A stretch of 64,000 bases of DNA from Azolla caroliniana (taxonomy: Eukaryota; Plantae; Polypodiophyta). Shown here in pieces: positions 14,256-29,545 of this stretch. The notes under the pieces are model-generated. The model did not search any database. It was not told the DNA's origin and saw nothing but the letters and a program-made list of their open reading frames with translations. Position numbers and translations under genes: made by a program. The stretch is taken from NCBI GenBank assembly GCA_043228905.1, contig JBHGNT010000005.1:22816001-22880000 (forward strand), in the 5' to 3' direction. Every line of letters begins with the position of its first letter. Position 1 is the stretch's first letter.

Positions 14256-14639
14256 TGCTACATTGGCTATGCATAAATAAATGTAAGATTCTCAAGGATA
14301 TAGGAGGTGCATTTGAACTGTTGTGTTATCTTTTTGGACACCTAATTGAATGCATCATTTTTATTCTTTATTCAGTTATTATTTTTCTTACATAATTCCA
14401 GTTTTTGTTGAATCTTCATTGCTGATACAATTTGTTTTAAAAGTTCCTACCTCATGTATGATTCCTGTAACTTGTAATTGATACAATATTGCATATGGAA
14501 CTAAATGCTTGATTGGGCCAAATTTTTAATGATCAAAGTAACATTAGACTTTAAATGGATCAATGGAAATCAATATGGGTTTATCCATCATATTAGATGA
14601 AACGTCGAAAAAGTATTATTCTCTCATTTTTATCATAGT

Positions 14640-14700
14640 TTGCCCTAGTGGTAAGTTGTTACACTACTAGCACAATGTCTTGGGTTCAAAACCTAGTTTA
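14640..14700 (+). mobile_element. tRNA-derived SINE head (Pol III A/B boxes)
   Basis: A-box-like TGCCCTAGTGG and B-box-like GGTTCAAAACC at tRNA spacing; no complete cloverleaf. Confidence 0.45.
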
Positions 14701-14879
14701 CTCAATTCTCTATTACCTTGTACATCTCTTAATTACTAGATGCCATTGTGGAATGTAGAGTTGAGCCCATGACCTTTTGATCTCCATCTACTCTCTCTCT
14801 TTCTCTAGTGAACACATAAATATACTCACCATTGCATGGATAATGGAACATGTTGAATTTCTAGTAGGCAATAAAATCT

Positions 14880-16410
14880 CTCTTGGTGAATGGACATTGG
14901 AATCTAATCATAGGGCTTTATATATTGACCTCAAATGTATGCATAGGTTTGATTGTGAGAAGGCCATTAAAGATTATAAACAATTGCACTTGACCATGAA
15001 CCTTAAGCGAACACCCATGTATTCCAAGATGGTTGAGGATATATTACAAATGACAAAGATATAACATGATGCAACACTAGAATGCAAATGGGAAGCTTTT
15101 AAGAAAATCAATCTCTCATGTACAAACAAATGTTTTTCGACCAACCACACATCTTGGAAATGCACCAAGAAATGTAGTTCAAAGAAAAAATGGTGTGATA
15201 AAGAATGTCGTGAAGCTCGAGAGTGCCTTATGGTTTTGGATGTAGTTAAGGATAAAGAAAATCACCAAAAGCATTTGCATGAGTATAAAAGGCTTATTCA
15301 AAGAAAAAGAAGAACATGGGAAGTTACTCAACAATTTTTCCAAACGCAAGAGAAAGCACATGCATGTGCTAAATTTTGGGGAAATCTAAAGGGAAACATG
15401 TTGAGAGTTATAGTGACTTAACTCTTCACGAATTGTCTATGCATTGTAAGAATTTATATGAGCTATCTCTTGCTGGAAAGATGATTTGTTATGGTTCTCT
15501 TTCACATATGTCTCCCTTCTTTACAATTGAAGATATATGCATAGGACTTAAAAAATTGGCCTCTCGAAAAGCAAACGATCTTTAATGTATAAAGGCTAAA
15601 ATGCTCAAATGGACGGGAAAGGAAGCACATGTATGGATAAACAATATGTTTAATGATGCATTGCAACATGGTCTGCCGTACGATTGGACAACAAATTGGA
15701 TCAAACCTTTACATTAAGGTGGAGATATAAATAATGTAAACAATTATCAAACCATCATGGTTGGTCGTTAATGGCAAAACTATTTGAATGTACTATGGAT
15801 AAGCTGGTTTTCAAAAACACCATAACATCATTGATCACCTTGTCACCCTTCAAGTATTAATGGAGGAAAGTCGCCTTAGAGGTCATGGTTTATATTGTTG
15901 CTTTGTAGACTTCAAGAAAGCTTTTGATATGGTACCTCGTCGGCATCTTTGAAGGCGAATGGAAGAACTCGTGGTGCCAATTGAATATATACTTGCAATT
16001 TCCCAAATATATGAGAAGGTTATACGTTGTGTGTGTATGAGAGTTGACTTTCAGATTTTTTCAATAGCACTATTGGTGTTAAGCAAGGACACCCACTCTG
16101 ACAAACACTATTTGGTCTATGGAAGAAATGGTTGCCAAGTTTGTAAAGGAAGAACATGTTGAAGAAGTTGTGATTGGGAATGTTGTCATTATGTTTTTGC
16201 TATATGCGGATGATATAGTGTTTTTTGCAAATACTTTAGGAGATACACAAAAGCTTATGGAGGCATTGGAAAAAATTTGCATGCATACTAAATTAAGTGT
16301 CAATAGATCTAAAACAAAGATTATGCTTGTGAAGAGCCAAAAAAGAGATAAACCATTCATTATGTACAATAATAAGTACATCACAAGCATTGAAATTATC
16401 TTTTGACAAG
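14880..16410 (+). mobile_element. Decayed non-LTR retrotransposon (LINE) reverse-transcriptase region
   Basis: Frameshifted RT motifs in order: WIKPLHKGGDINNVNNYQTIMVG (~15697), AGF...IIDHL, CCFVDFKKAFDMVPRRHL (~15895), GVKQGHPL, FLLYADDIVFF (~16195), LSVNRSKTKIML. Confidence 0.85.
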
Positions 16411-18048
16411 CATTACATCCATGCATACAAGTGGTGGAATAGAATGTTGAGGCCATCAAAGACATGTATATCTTACTTGAGTTCTCATAAACTCGTATCT
16501 TATTTATGTAACCTCAAACCTTTATAGGCTAGTGGCTTTGATCCTCCATGTTAGCTCGGGAGAGCGCAATTAGGCGACGGTAGAGTACACATGTTACCTT
16601 GATGATATCCTTAATGGTGTCTAGGTTAACTTGGAGTTCGGTTGTAAAGTTTGTTGGTGGGCTTTGGGGTGTTGTGGTCCCACTTAACTTTAGTTGGGGG
16701 AGTGACTCGGTCATGGTAGCAACTCAAGTGCGAGACTCCATGATGTGGTATCTTTCTAGGCCTCCTTTTTAACTCTTCCTCCAACGAGTCGTATGTGTCT
16801 TCACGTATTTGGGCCTTGGGTGTTAGAGTGATTTTAAGTTATGGAACCGAATGAGGTGCTAGTGTGCCTTGTGTGCCTTTGGGTTGTCCTTGTGTCAAGC
16901 TTAAGTTGTCATCCTCTAGGAGTACTAGTTCGCGTGGTGTATGTCATGTTGTGGTGTCCGTCGACAAGGTGTGGTGTTCCCATTCTTGTGCGAGGAGCAG
17001 TTGCGTTGGGGTTGTTCCCATGGGCTAGCACCTTTGTTGTTATGCTCATAGGGAGCACTCTGATGCGTAGTTTATAGAAGCAGGGGGGATGCAACGGGAC
17101 ATGGCTTGTTGGCAAGGCCTTGTTAGTTGTTCATCATTCCCCGTTGGCCTCCATGGACTTGTTGAACGAGTTCTTTTTCAAGAATTCACAACACTAGCAT
17201 TTTGCCATCGTCAAGTTTCACCCATAGTGCATGTGTACTCTCTTGGCTGGTGCAGTGTCACTGATTTGTGAGATGGCTTGACATGTATAGTGCATGTTCT
17301 TGGGAACCTCCATGAGGCCCCAATCATCGTTGCCTTGTATTTGCTCAATTGGGCCGTGATTATTTTTAGCGTGACTTCACAGGTCTTCATCATCAAATAT
17401 GAACATTGTAACCTCCCCAATCCTTGGGTCATAACCCCCTTAACCATAACCATTACAGACTCACCCTACTTCTTCCACCTTCACCACATACAAGGTTGAG
17501 AAGGTCATCCAGAATCTTCGACATGTACCTTCATTCGCAACTACAAGGCAGTAAACCCAATGTAGCAGATCACCCATTAAACACAAGATCATGTGTTGAA
17601 TTGTGAGCACCACCTTATAATGATGGTATTTATTATGCAGATGCATCCAAGGCATTTTTATGCTATAAAAAAATTTGAACAGTGCTATAGAATGTCTGAG
17701 TGAAATTAAACTTCAGACTGATTGGAAGGGTATACATTTGAAATTACCCTTCAGGCTCTTAGACCAGGTTGTTTGCTAACGTTATTGAACTTCCAAGTTT
17801 ATCATTGCATGTAGTTATAATTCATTTACCGTTGTTGATCAGTTGGAACAACCGATATAATGTGCCACTGTAAAAAACACTAGAACTAACGTGATTAGAC
17901 TAAGGAAGCATGTACAAGTTGTCTGGACATATATTATCTTATCATTATCCAAACAGAGCTATTGATATATGAGGAGATTGTACATAGAGGCATGAATAAT
18001 CTTCAGTGTGCAAATAGAGGTATGGATATATCCAGCTTTTTTTATAAA

Positions 18049-21000
18049 TTAAACTTCTTCATCAGCCATTAAAGCCGGTCGCATAACAAGGTAGAGAGCT
18101 GGACCTACAACTGGGATAAAAGCAAGGAATGTTGCCCAACTTCCCTCCTTTGACCTGCAAAAATGTGACACAGGAAACATATTTAATCCAAAATTTCACA
18201 TTTGCCTTGCACAAATGCTTTGTTTCACTTCCAATGATATCATGTCAGGTATGGTATATGTCCCTTCTTTCTCTTTTGAACTAATAATATTTGTGAAGGT
18301 CTAATAGGGAAAGCCCTCCATGTATGTAGCTTCTGCATTAGATCATAACTAGTTTATTATATTGTTGCCACATACCACTTTCGAACGTCAATGTCATTGA
18401 AGACCCAAAATGGTATCAATGAGTTTAATGCCAGAAAGTCCAGAGACATAACGTGGATCTGGAAATAAAGAACACCAAAAGAACTTAACATTAATAGTCC
18501 TTGTCAATTTGTGGTGCAAACTAATAGTAGGATTTCTTAGTGTATTTATCCTTGAGATGTTCCAAACAATTCAAGTTCATTCCTTTGGATGCAGCATTAT
18601 TCTCAAATAATGCATCCATGAAAACTAAGATTTTTAAGGAAATTTCCTTACAAATCTGCTTGATCGGAAATACTTCAGAAACTCTGCCCACGATTCTTGG
18701 CCGGCAAAAGCTGCTGTACCTACTAAAAATGCTCCCACCAAAGCCACAGCCTGAAACAGATTCTATACATTATATTTATATTATAAAACCCAAGAACCCA
18801 TGCACTGAAGATTTTTTAGTTCAAAAAACATAGTTCATATGTAGCAGATTCTACACATTACATTTGTATTATACAATCCCAAGCATGTAATGTGACGTTT
18901 TTTGGTTGAAAAAACAGCATATATAAAATAATCGATACAGAATATTTATTTTATACAGTCCTTATGATCCATGCAATGTAGACTTTTGAGACGAATTTTT
19001 TGTAATGCATACAGATAATTATCGATGGGCACAGGAACTATCTCAAAAAAAAAGTATACATACACCAGCAAGTATCTTCGAGTCCAATATCTTCAATGGC
19101 CACCCTTCTATTTCTTCTTTTGAAACTTTGGGTGGTGGTGGTTCCCATAATCCAAAGTAAGGCAAAAGTGCAAAAGCACCAAAAAAAACTGAGAGGCTTG
19201 TAAATGGCCAGATAGGTAACTTACTTCTTGCACTGTAGAAAAACAAGGAATCACCTATGTTAATGATAATTTTGACACAAAATGCTTGTTTGAGTATATC
19301 ATATTGCAAATGTTGAAACATTTTATATGAAGCTGGAAATTGGCAATTAGTGTGCAGCTCAATTCATACACAAGGAGAACAAGTGTCTTATATTCATAGT
19401 TCCTAATATCGCATATGTCCCATCTGGTAGACATATACGAACGTTTGTATATATTCGCATATAATACGCGATATTCGTTTTCTTTTTTAGTTTTAGGAAT
19501 GAGTTACGACTCTTGACCATTGTCTATAAAAATGTTGTTTATTTTTTATTTTTCATATTTAAAAAAAATAGAATAATAAAAACAATAATAAATATAAATA
19601 TAGACGAATAAATTTCAATCATACTTGGAGCCATTTCATGTATGAGTATGGCACGAATGGGAAGTATGGCTAGAATTATGATTATATTGGGCACAAATAT
19701 TCAAGACTGAAACTGCCTGTGAAAATGAGCATAGTATTGCATCACAACATGGCAAAAACTGTTGGCAAAAGTGTACACATTTTATATAATTACCAGTATA
19801 ATATGAAAAAATAGGAAATTTTCCTATATCTTTTCTCAAAAAATTATCTCAGTAGATCCCCTACCCATCTTCTCCTGTTATGGATTTGTCAGCGAATCAA
19901 AATCAATGTGGTAAATCTCTAAAGATTGATTGGGCACTCTCTATTGTTACTGTAATACCACTAGATTCGTGGTATGGCTGATCTACTTCCGTCGAAACAT
20001 TATGTATGCTTAACCAAACCAAAACAAATTTATAAGATTATATAATACAATAGTGAAGAATTTCAAAATCTTCAGCAAAATTCAAATGAATTTTAACCAT
20101 ACCTTCTTCCAGTGGGGATGAGCAACATACAATAGATGGCAGGCATAACTCCCATCAAATTCCATAAGCTGACTAAGACTTGATTCAGTTCAAAACCATC
20201 ATTACCCTTCAAGTAGAGGAGTTTCTCCAAGTAATACCTATCTGTCATCTTTCATACATATCATTCAACCGTAGAGAAAACAAAAAAAATTAATCCTTGT
20301 TCTCAGCAAATGGTTTTTTTAAATTCCTGAAAATGCCTCTCAGAAAATATGACAAATGCTTAGTCATCCTTGAAATTTCTTCAAAAAAGTGCTAAAACAG
20401 ACTTTGGAATTTCATAAAAATAATTTGGAAAAAATCTTAAAATCTTAAAAACTCAGTAAATTTGGAAAAAAAACTTTGAAAATTCTTGTAAATCTAGGGC
20501 AAGTTGATCACAATCCCGAAAAACAACAGTATGAAAAAATTCTATTGATAAACAAAACATATTGTTAGGGTTTAAGGTTTAGGGTTTCCAGTTTACAATA
20601 GGCATTGTTATGGCAATGTTGTATAATATATACATACTGGAGTTTGGTTTGGCGCGTAGAATGCACTGTAGCCCAAGAAAGCAGCCCAAAAACCAAAAAT
20701 GAACACAGATGAGATTCGATCCATGGACCCACCGCTTCCATTACCGTCGCCATCATCATCACCATCTCCACCACCTCCTCGTCCTTTTCCATCAAAAGGG
20801 CTAATCACTTCTCTCCCTTCCACTTCTTCTTCTTCTTCTTCTTCTTCTTTCTTCTTCTCGGTCTCTTGAATCAATCTCGCACTGAAAGCAAGAAAGTTGG
20901 ATCGTCCCGTAGATAATGTGGTACATGGGAAGCTTCTGAAGAGTCTGTTTCTGAACTCGACTCGGATTCTGCTTTTCCTCTGTTTTAGGGTTGAAACATG

Positions 21001-21066
21001 GTGGCTTGTCTTGGAGTGGGAGGAGCAGAGAGAGAGCAGTGATGACGTGGACGCCACGGTGGCCAT
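18049..21066 (-). CDS. Uncharacterised multi-pass membrane protein with plastid transit-peptide-like N-terminus (DUF2834-like), ~343 aa, 6 exons
   Basis: Exons 21066-20638, 20248-20103, 19232-19064, 18750-18652, 18458-18376, 18154-18049 total 1032 nt in frame. Ser/Arg-rich N-terminus; motifs YAPNQTP..DRYYLEKLL, LWNLMG, PIWPFTSLSVFFGAFALLPYFGLW, WAEFLKYFRSSRFIHVMSLDF, IPVVGPALYLVMRP. The domain name is from memory of plant and cyanobacterial homologues. Confidence 0.85.
19395..19680. mobile_element. Small non-autonomous hAT-like element (MITE) in intron 2 of the membrane-protein gene
   Basis: Termini CATAGTTC / GAATTATG (7/8 inverted match); flanks CTTATATT / ATTATATT (7/8, 8-bp TSD); internal ATATTCG/CGAAT motifs like those in the 36187 element. 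Confidence 0.6.
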
Positions 21067-21151
21067 GGGAGCTCTCCTGCGGAGGGATCGCTCATTTCCT
21101 GTGCCAGAGAAAACTAATCTCCAGAAATAGCCCAAATCTATTTCCGATTTT

Positions 21152-21271
21152 TACATAATTAGGCCTCTGTTTTTCCAGAATCCAAAAATGAGAGAGTGCC
21201 TCTAATATCTACATAATTAGGCCTCTACTTTTGCTTGATTAGGCCTCATTAATCTACATAATTAGGCCTCA
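21152..21271. promoter_or_regulatory. Three copies of TACATAATTAGGCCTC 90-200 bp upstream of the membrane-protein ATG
   Basis: Identical 16-mers at ~21152, ~21210 and ~21256, plus a partial TTAGGCCTC at ~21239. A regulatory role is inferred from position only. Confidence 0.45.
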
Positions 21272-21411
21272 CATTCTCTTGAATTTTCTCAATTACACCG
21301 AGTGATGGCTATGAGGTGTTGTGTCTACAAACATGTCATGACCTTCACTCTTTTGACATTCCCGATATGAAAGTGGGCGAGAGTTAAAGCTATAGTTCTC
21401 TCTCTCTAACG

Positions 21412-21783
21412 CTAACTTTAGTGGTGTCGATCCCTAAATGCTCGTAATTGTTAATTGTGGAATCTAGTGTCTTCGGACAACTTTGATATATCAACCGGAT
21501 TAATGCTTCCATTCAACTCAAGCCCAAATATCCCTTACTTTAGTGGTGTCGATCCCCAAATGCACATAAGTGTTAATTGTGGTCCGTGGAATCTAGTGTC
21601 TTCGGACAACTCTGATATATCGACCGGTTTAATGCTTCCATTCGACTCAAGCCTAGATATCCCTAACTTTAGTGGTGTCGATCCCTAAATGCACACCAAG
21701 TGTTAATTGTGGAATGTAGTGTCTTCGAACAACTCTGATGTATCATACGGTGTAATGCTTCCATTCAACTCAAGCCCAGATAT
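21412..21783. repeat. Three-unit ~120-130 bp tandem repeat
   Basis: Unit ct(a/t)actttagtggtgtcgatccc.aaatgc...tgttaattgtggaat.tagtgtcttcg.acaact.tgat...taatgcttccattc.actcaagcc starts at ~21412, ~21534 and ~21663. Confidence 0.9.
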
Positions 21784-23229
21784 TTGCAAGTCTCGCCCTA
21801 TTGCCACCACTTGTAAGATACCAACCAAAGCACATCTCTCTCCTTGTATTGCATAACAATGGGACTCTTAAGACTCTCCCTTCTTCCATATAGAACACAT
21901 CTACGTTTTGGCAAATGTAACTAACCGAGCAACTCAATGTCTACATCCTAAGTTTTGTCATGCCTCTGCTTGTCAAGCTATGTTTATCAAAATTTATGCA
22001 CAATTCTCAACTCTCTAAAGTTGAGAAACGTTTTCATTGGAGTTCTCACTATCATCACATGCTATGAGTTCTTGAAAGGTTTCCCTTGTTCCCCATTTCA
22101 TGATACACTTAAGCGTCTTCATTCGAAAACATGGAGAAAAGAACCTTCGTTAGTTGATTTCTAGACCAACATGTCTTACTATACTCGAATGTTGTTTAAA
22201 CATTCTTCCACAGTTCAAGTTCTTTATTAAACACAAATTTCAATCCTCGGGAACAAACACTAGGGTTCACCAATACATCTATGACATATCAAAGATGAAA
22301 CAATTAAAACACTCTTGGTTTTCCATACCACCAATTTTAGATTTCTTACCCCATTATTAAAGGCCACTTAACCATTTACAAGACATCACAATTGAAGTAT
22401 TGCGAGAACCACAATGGTCATAGAGTAACCTTGAATCACATAATCTCCATCACACATTGACCTCCATTTGTGGAATTAACCAAGTTCTCAAAACACTTGT
22501 CCATAGTTCACAAATATGAGGAGATTGTTTTCTCATACAAGGGGTGAAATAAATGAACTTCTCCATTTTTCTTTTGATATTCATTCAACCATGTTCAGTG
22601 AGTTGACCGGCTAAAGGAACTCCTCATCAACATTACAAAATGAATATTCGTAACCAGTAACAGTATTTCCATACCTTTCTCATGTGGGTGCTGCAATCTT
22701 GAAAAGTTAGTGGAGAATTTAATGCAACACTTAAAAGAAAGCAATAATCATCATCATGAGATGTCAAGAGCGCTTTTTTACAAGTATACTGGTCCTGTAT
22801 ATTCCTTGCCAGTTGAAAATGTTACAAAATAAATATTGCCATTTGCCTTGAGAGCCCAAAACTCGTCGAAGAGCCATTTACATCGGCAATATGGATGCAT
22901 TATATAAGCAAAGTTCACAACCTTATTTCACTCAAAGAGCTACAAAATCTCCACAGCCATTAGATAGCAAGGATCTCGAAGTTGGTAAAATATCGATTTG
23001 GCCTTAAAAAGGATGAATTTTCCCATCCAATGAATAAAGCTAGCAGCTTTATGTAGCAAATGTTACAATGTTAAAACAATCCATTGTAGTCTAGTTAAGC
23101 TTGTAGGAAGCTTACACATCAAAGGGGCAAAGCCTCGAATTTGACTTCAGCAATTTCGAACTTCAGAAATGCAGCTGAACCCAAAATTGATGCAAGAAGT
23201 ATGTGCAAGCAAATACACGTCAAGTCACA

Positions 23230-26738
<3,509 letters not shown>

Positions 26739-26899
26739 TCTGCCTTCAAGTTGTGTTTTCTTACTATGTGAATTTAATTTGACGGTATAAAACCCTTGCC
26801 TATTCACAAAATAAGGAGGATATAATTGAAAGCATTGAAGATGGCCATGTGTTCATGGGAAAGGAGAGGCCTCTGGTACTGTGGCAGAAACTGACAAGA

Positions 26900-26947
26900 C
26901 TATATTCCAGTGGCTCCTTCAGACATAGCAACCAGTGTCAGGATCAT
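26900..26947 (-). promoter_or_regulatory. Candidate uORF (MILTLVAMSEGATGI*) in the SnRK1 5' leader
   Basis: ATG lies 9 nt after a strong acceptor (cttattttgcag|, exon starts 26956) and ends in TAG at 26900-26902. Confidence 0.45.
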
Positions 26948-29074
26948 ACCAAGACCCTGCAAAATAAGAGAACCATATTATAAAACATGTCACAAGGACA
27001 AACAACCATATAATAAAAACATACCGCAAGGACAAACACCACTATGATCAGGCAATTAGGAATTCATCACCATGTCTAGAATCTATGGATTAGTCATCTA
27101 AATGAAATGAATGTCCCCTCAATTGGATCCCCAATAGTCAACATACAGTTGGCACAGTTTCCAGTCAATACTGGCTGTCCAAAACTTCAACCTCCATCGA
27201 CACTTCTTACATTACCAATACTCTCAAACAAACTAAAATTGACTTCCTTTCTGTAGATATGAAATAGAAGCTGTTAGTTTTTAAAGTATCAGAACTTTTA
27301 TTCTAATGAAAGGCTATAAATACAATTAAAATACTTAGTATCAACCTATGCATTTGACATTTGCAAACAGAAGTCAAACATTTGTAAATAGCATATTGTT
27401 GATACTAGTCTTATTTTCTTAGCCAATATCTTAGGCTACTATGTTCATAAAGCACATTGTAGCCCAGTTGTTGGAAGTTCATAAACTTGTAGCAAAGACA
27501 TCAACTCAATTAGTCATCCAACTAATGGACCCTATTTTTAATCAAGTATACAATAGATTTAGTGAAATGATCCATTCAGTAAACTGAAGTACACCACCCA
27601 GTGAGGATTTAAGTGTAACGCACAAAAGCAAAATAATACGGGCTTGCACTTGGACATTGCAATCATCATAGACCTACACACTATAATGATCGCATGACCC
27701 ATTGCATTGGTTATGAAATTGAGCTCTTTTCTTGTGTATGTCTTGTTTTTCTATTAATTAGTTATATTTATTTTGGTTTGTTGTTTTCAAAGATGAGACA
27801 ACATTAATCTCTAATTTGGTGTCACAGATATTTTACCTCTTAACGGATGTTAATTTATCTTTCTCTCCCTCTCTCTCTCTCTAGGTGCTCAGCCTATCAC
27901 AGGATTCAATGGCATCATTACTGTATTCTTAGAGAGGGTTTTGAACCCTTATTAACAAATCCTGGATTCTTATGATTCAGGACTCTATCTACAAAAAAAG
28001 CATAAGAGTACAGATTCCTACACTGAGAGATCGAACCACCCCCAAGGTATTATCCAACTACAGATCACTGACTTTTTCAAAGGACCACCGGTGAAGACTC
28101 ATGGTCAACAGTACACTTGGCGGCACCTCAATGACACCCTTTTTGCGAGATCCAAGTTGATCCAATCATCCAGCTAGATCATTTTTGACAATCTCAAATG
28201 CACGGCTCTGCACACCCTATACGGAAACTGCATCAATGGATCCGGAGCCTCATTCTGAACTATCAAGCAGGCCCATCTAGGCATCTTACTATGGAGGTTG
28301 TTGATATCATTCTAGGAAACCCATTGTGGATCTCACTAAATGAATTCCCCTCCTTGTTGTATGAGTAGTAGTATCACTGTCAGCTTCATGCTACCTTTGT
28401 TTGATATGTTATCCTATCCATTTGCATTCTTTTTACCATAGGTAGAGTTCTTTTCTCCTTTTAGTTTTCAGAGTTATCGGACATTATATCACCTGGTTGT
28501 TTGGCCATTCAAAGATATTACTATACGATTATATCCTCTCCATGTTATTGGTCTTATTCCATAGGATCATCATGGAAATTCAAAGTTTCTATCTCCCCAA
28601 TCGTGTGTGTGTGTGTGTATATATATATATACTTGTGAAAACCTAAGGCTGAATTGAAAGATCTGCTTTTAACTGAGAAATCCTAAGTCTGAATTAAAAA
28701 TTATTCGTCTTATTGTGAAACACTGTGAATTGGATTCTTATTCTTCCATAAATATGATCTCTTTCTTTGCTCTGCCATAAATATGAAACCTTTTTCTTCT
28801 TCATCCATGAATAGAACGTGTTTCTTCTTCGTCATTGTCCATAGATATGACATGTTTCTTCCTCTTCTACTATAAAAATACTCTTTTTCTTTGTCTTTGT
28901 CTTTGTCTCTCTGTATGAAAACCTCGTTCAGAATTAAGCACAACTACAGACAATTCTAACATATACAGTATCCAGATGTTCCATTCTCTCCAAGCCAGAG
29001 AGTAGACCGTTTCTACTTAGAATACACAACAAGAGCAACAAGAGCAAAAAAGAGCACAAACAAAACTAAATACT

Positions 29075-29400
29075 TACCCTAAATTCAGATCATTTCAGAG
29101 CAGAAGCCAGAGACAGATACACAACAATAAATACAAACCCAAACAACCATTTATTCGGAATTCAGATCATTTCAGAGAAGATACAGATAGAAACCAAATA
29201 TATATGTACACATATGCAGACATAAAACAACAAAATCAAACAAAAGAGGGGGGGAAACAGTTACTCTAAATTCAGATCATCTCAGAGCGGATACAGAGAC
29301 AAATACATAGCAACAACAACAACAAAAAAACAAAAACCCAAAGAAAGCAGACCCCTTTGTTCTGAATTCAGATCATTTCAGAGCAGAGACGGATACAGAG
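29075..29400. repeat. Four copies of AATTCAGATCAT(T/C)TCAGAG spaced ~80-110 bp apart at the start of the SnRK1 leader intron
   Basis: Copies at ~29082, 29159, 29269 and 29365, each followed by GATAC/GAGAC motifs and CA-rich spacers. Confidence 0.8.
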
Positions 29401-29411
29401 TGGTGGTATAC

Positions 29412-29545
29412 CTGGGAAACAGAGAGAATATCTCTCTGATGTGGGAGGGGGGGGGGCACAGAGCAGAGTTGGGAGGAGACCAGATCAGAGAGAGACAGAG
29501 AAACAGAGACTAGGAGAGAGAGAGAAGGAGCCCTTCCTTTTCACA
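29412..29545 (-). other. Probable non-coding first exon of SnRK1 (CT-rich leader)
   Basis: Pyrimidine/CT-repeat-rich, ATG-free stretch ending CCCAG|GTATAC, typical of plant 5' UTR exons. It implies a ~2.45 kb leader intron to the acceptor at 26957. Confidence 0.6.

Noticed and set aside
14640-14700. Possible tRNA gene (likewise ~53170 and ~33650)
   Set aside because: A/B-box-like motifs are present but no acceptor or anticodon stems form; treated as SINE-like at most.
16470-17660. Cluster of overlapping short ORFs after the LINE
   Set aside because: No recognisable motifs, splice structure or termini; probably old repeat debris and not callable.
20565-20587. Telomere-like TTTAGGG units
   Set aside because: Only ~3 degenerate units in an intron; at most a telo-box, not an interstitial telomere.
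21455-21688. 77-aa ORF with an internal repeat
   Set aside because: A TTG-started by-product of the ~125-bp tandem array.
26739-26807. GTG-initiated N-terminal extension of SnRK1 (and TTG extensions of HDH and the membrane protein)
   Set aside because: Artefacts of alternative start codons in the ORF track; the first ATG gives the expected protein lengths, and the SnRK1 GTG lies within a splice acceptor.
29075-29400. Repeat-spacer pattern resembling a CRISPR array
   Set aside because: Eukaryotic intron, degenerate repeats, mutually similar low-complexity spacers of unequal length, and no cas genes.
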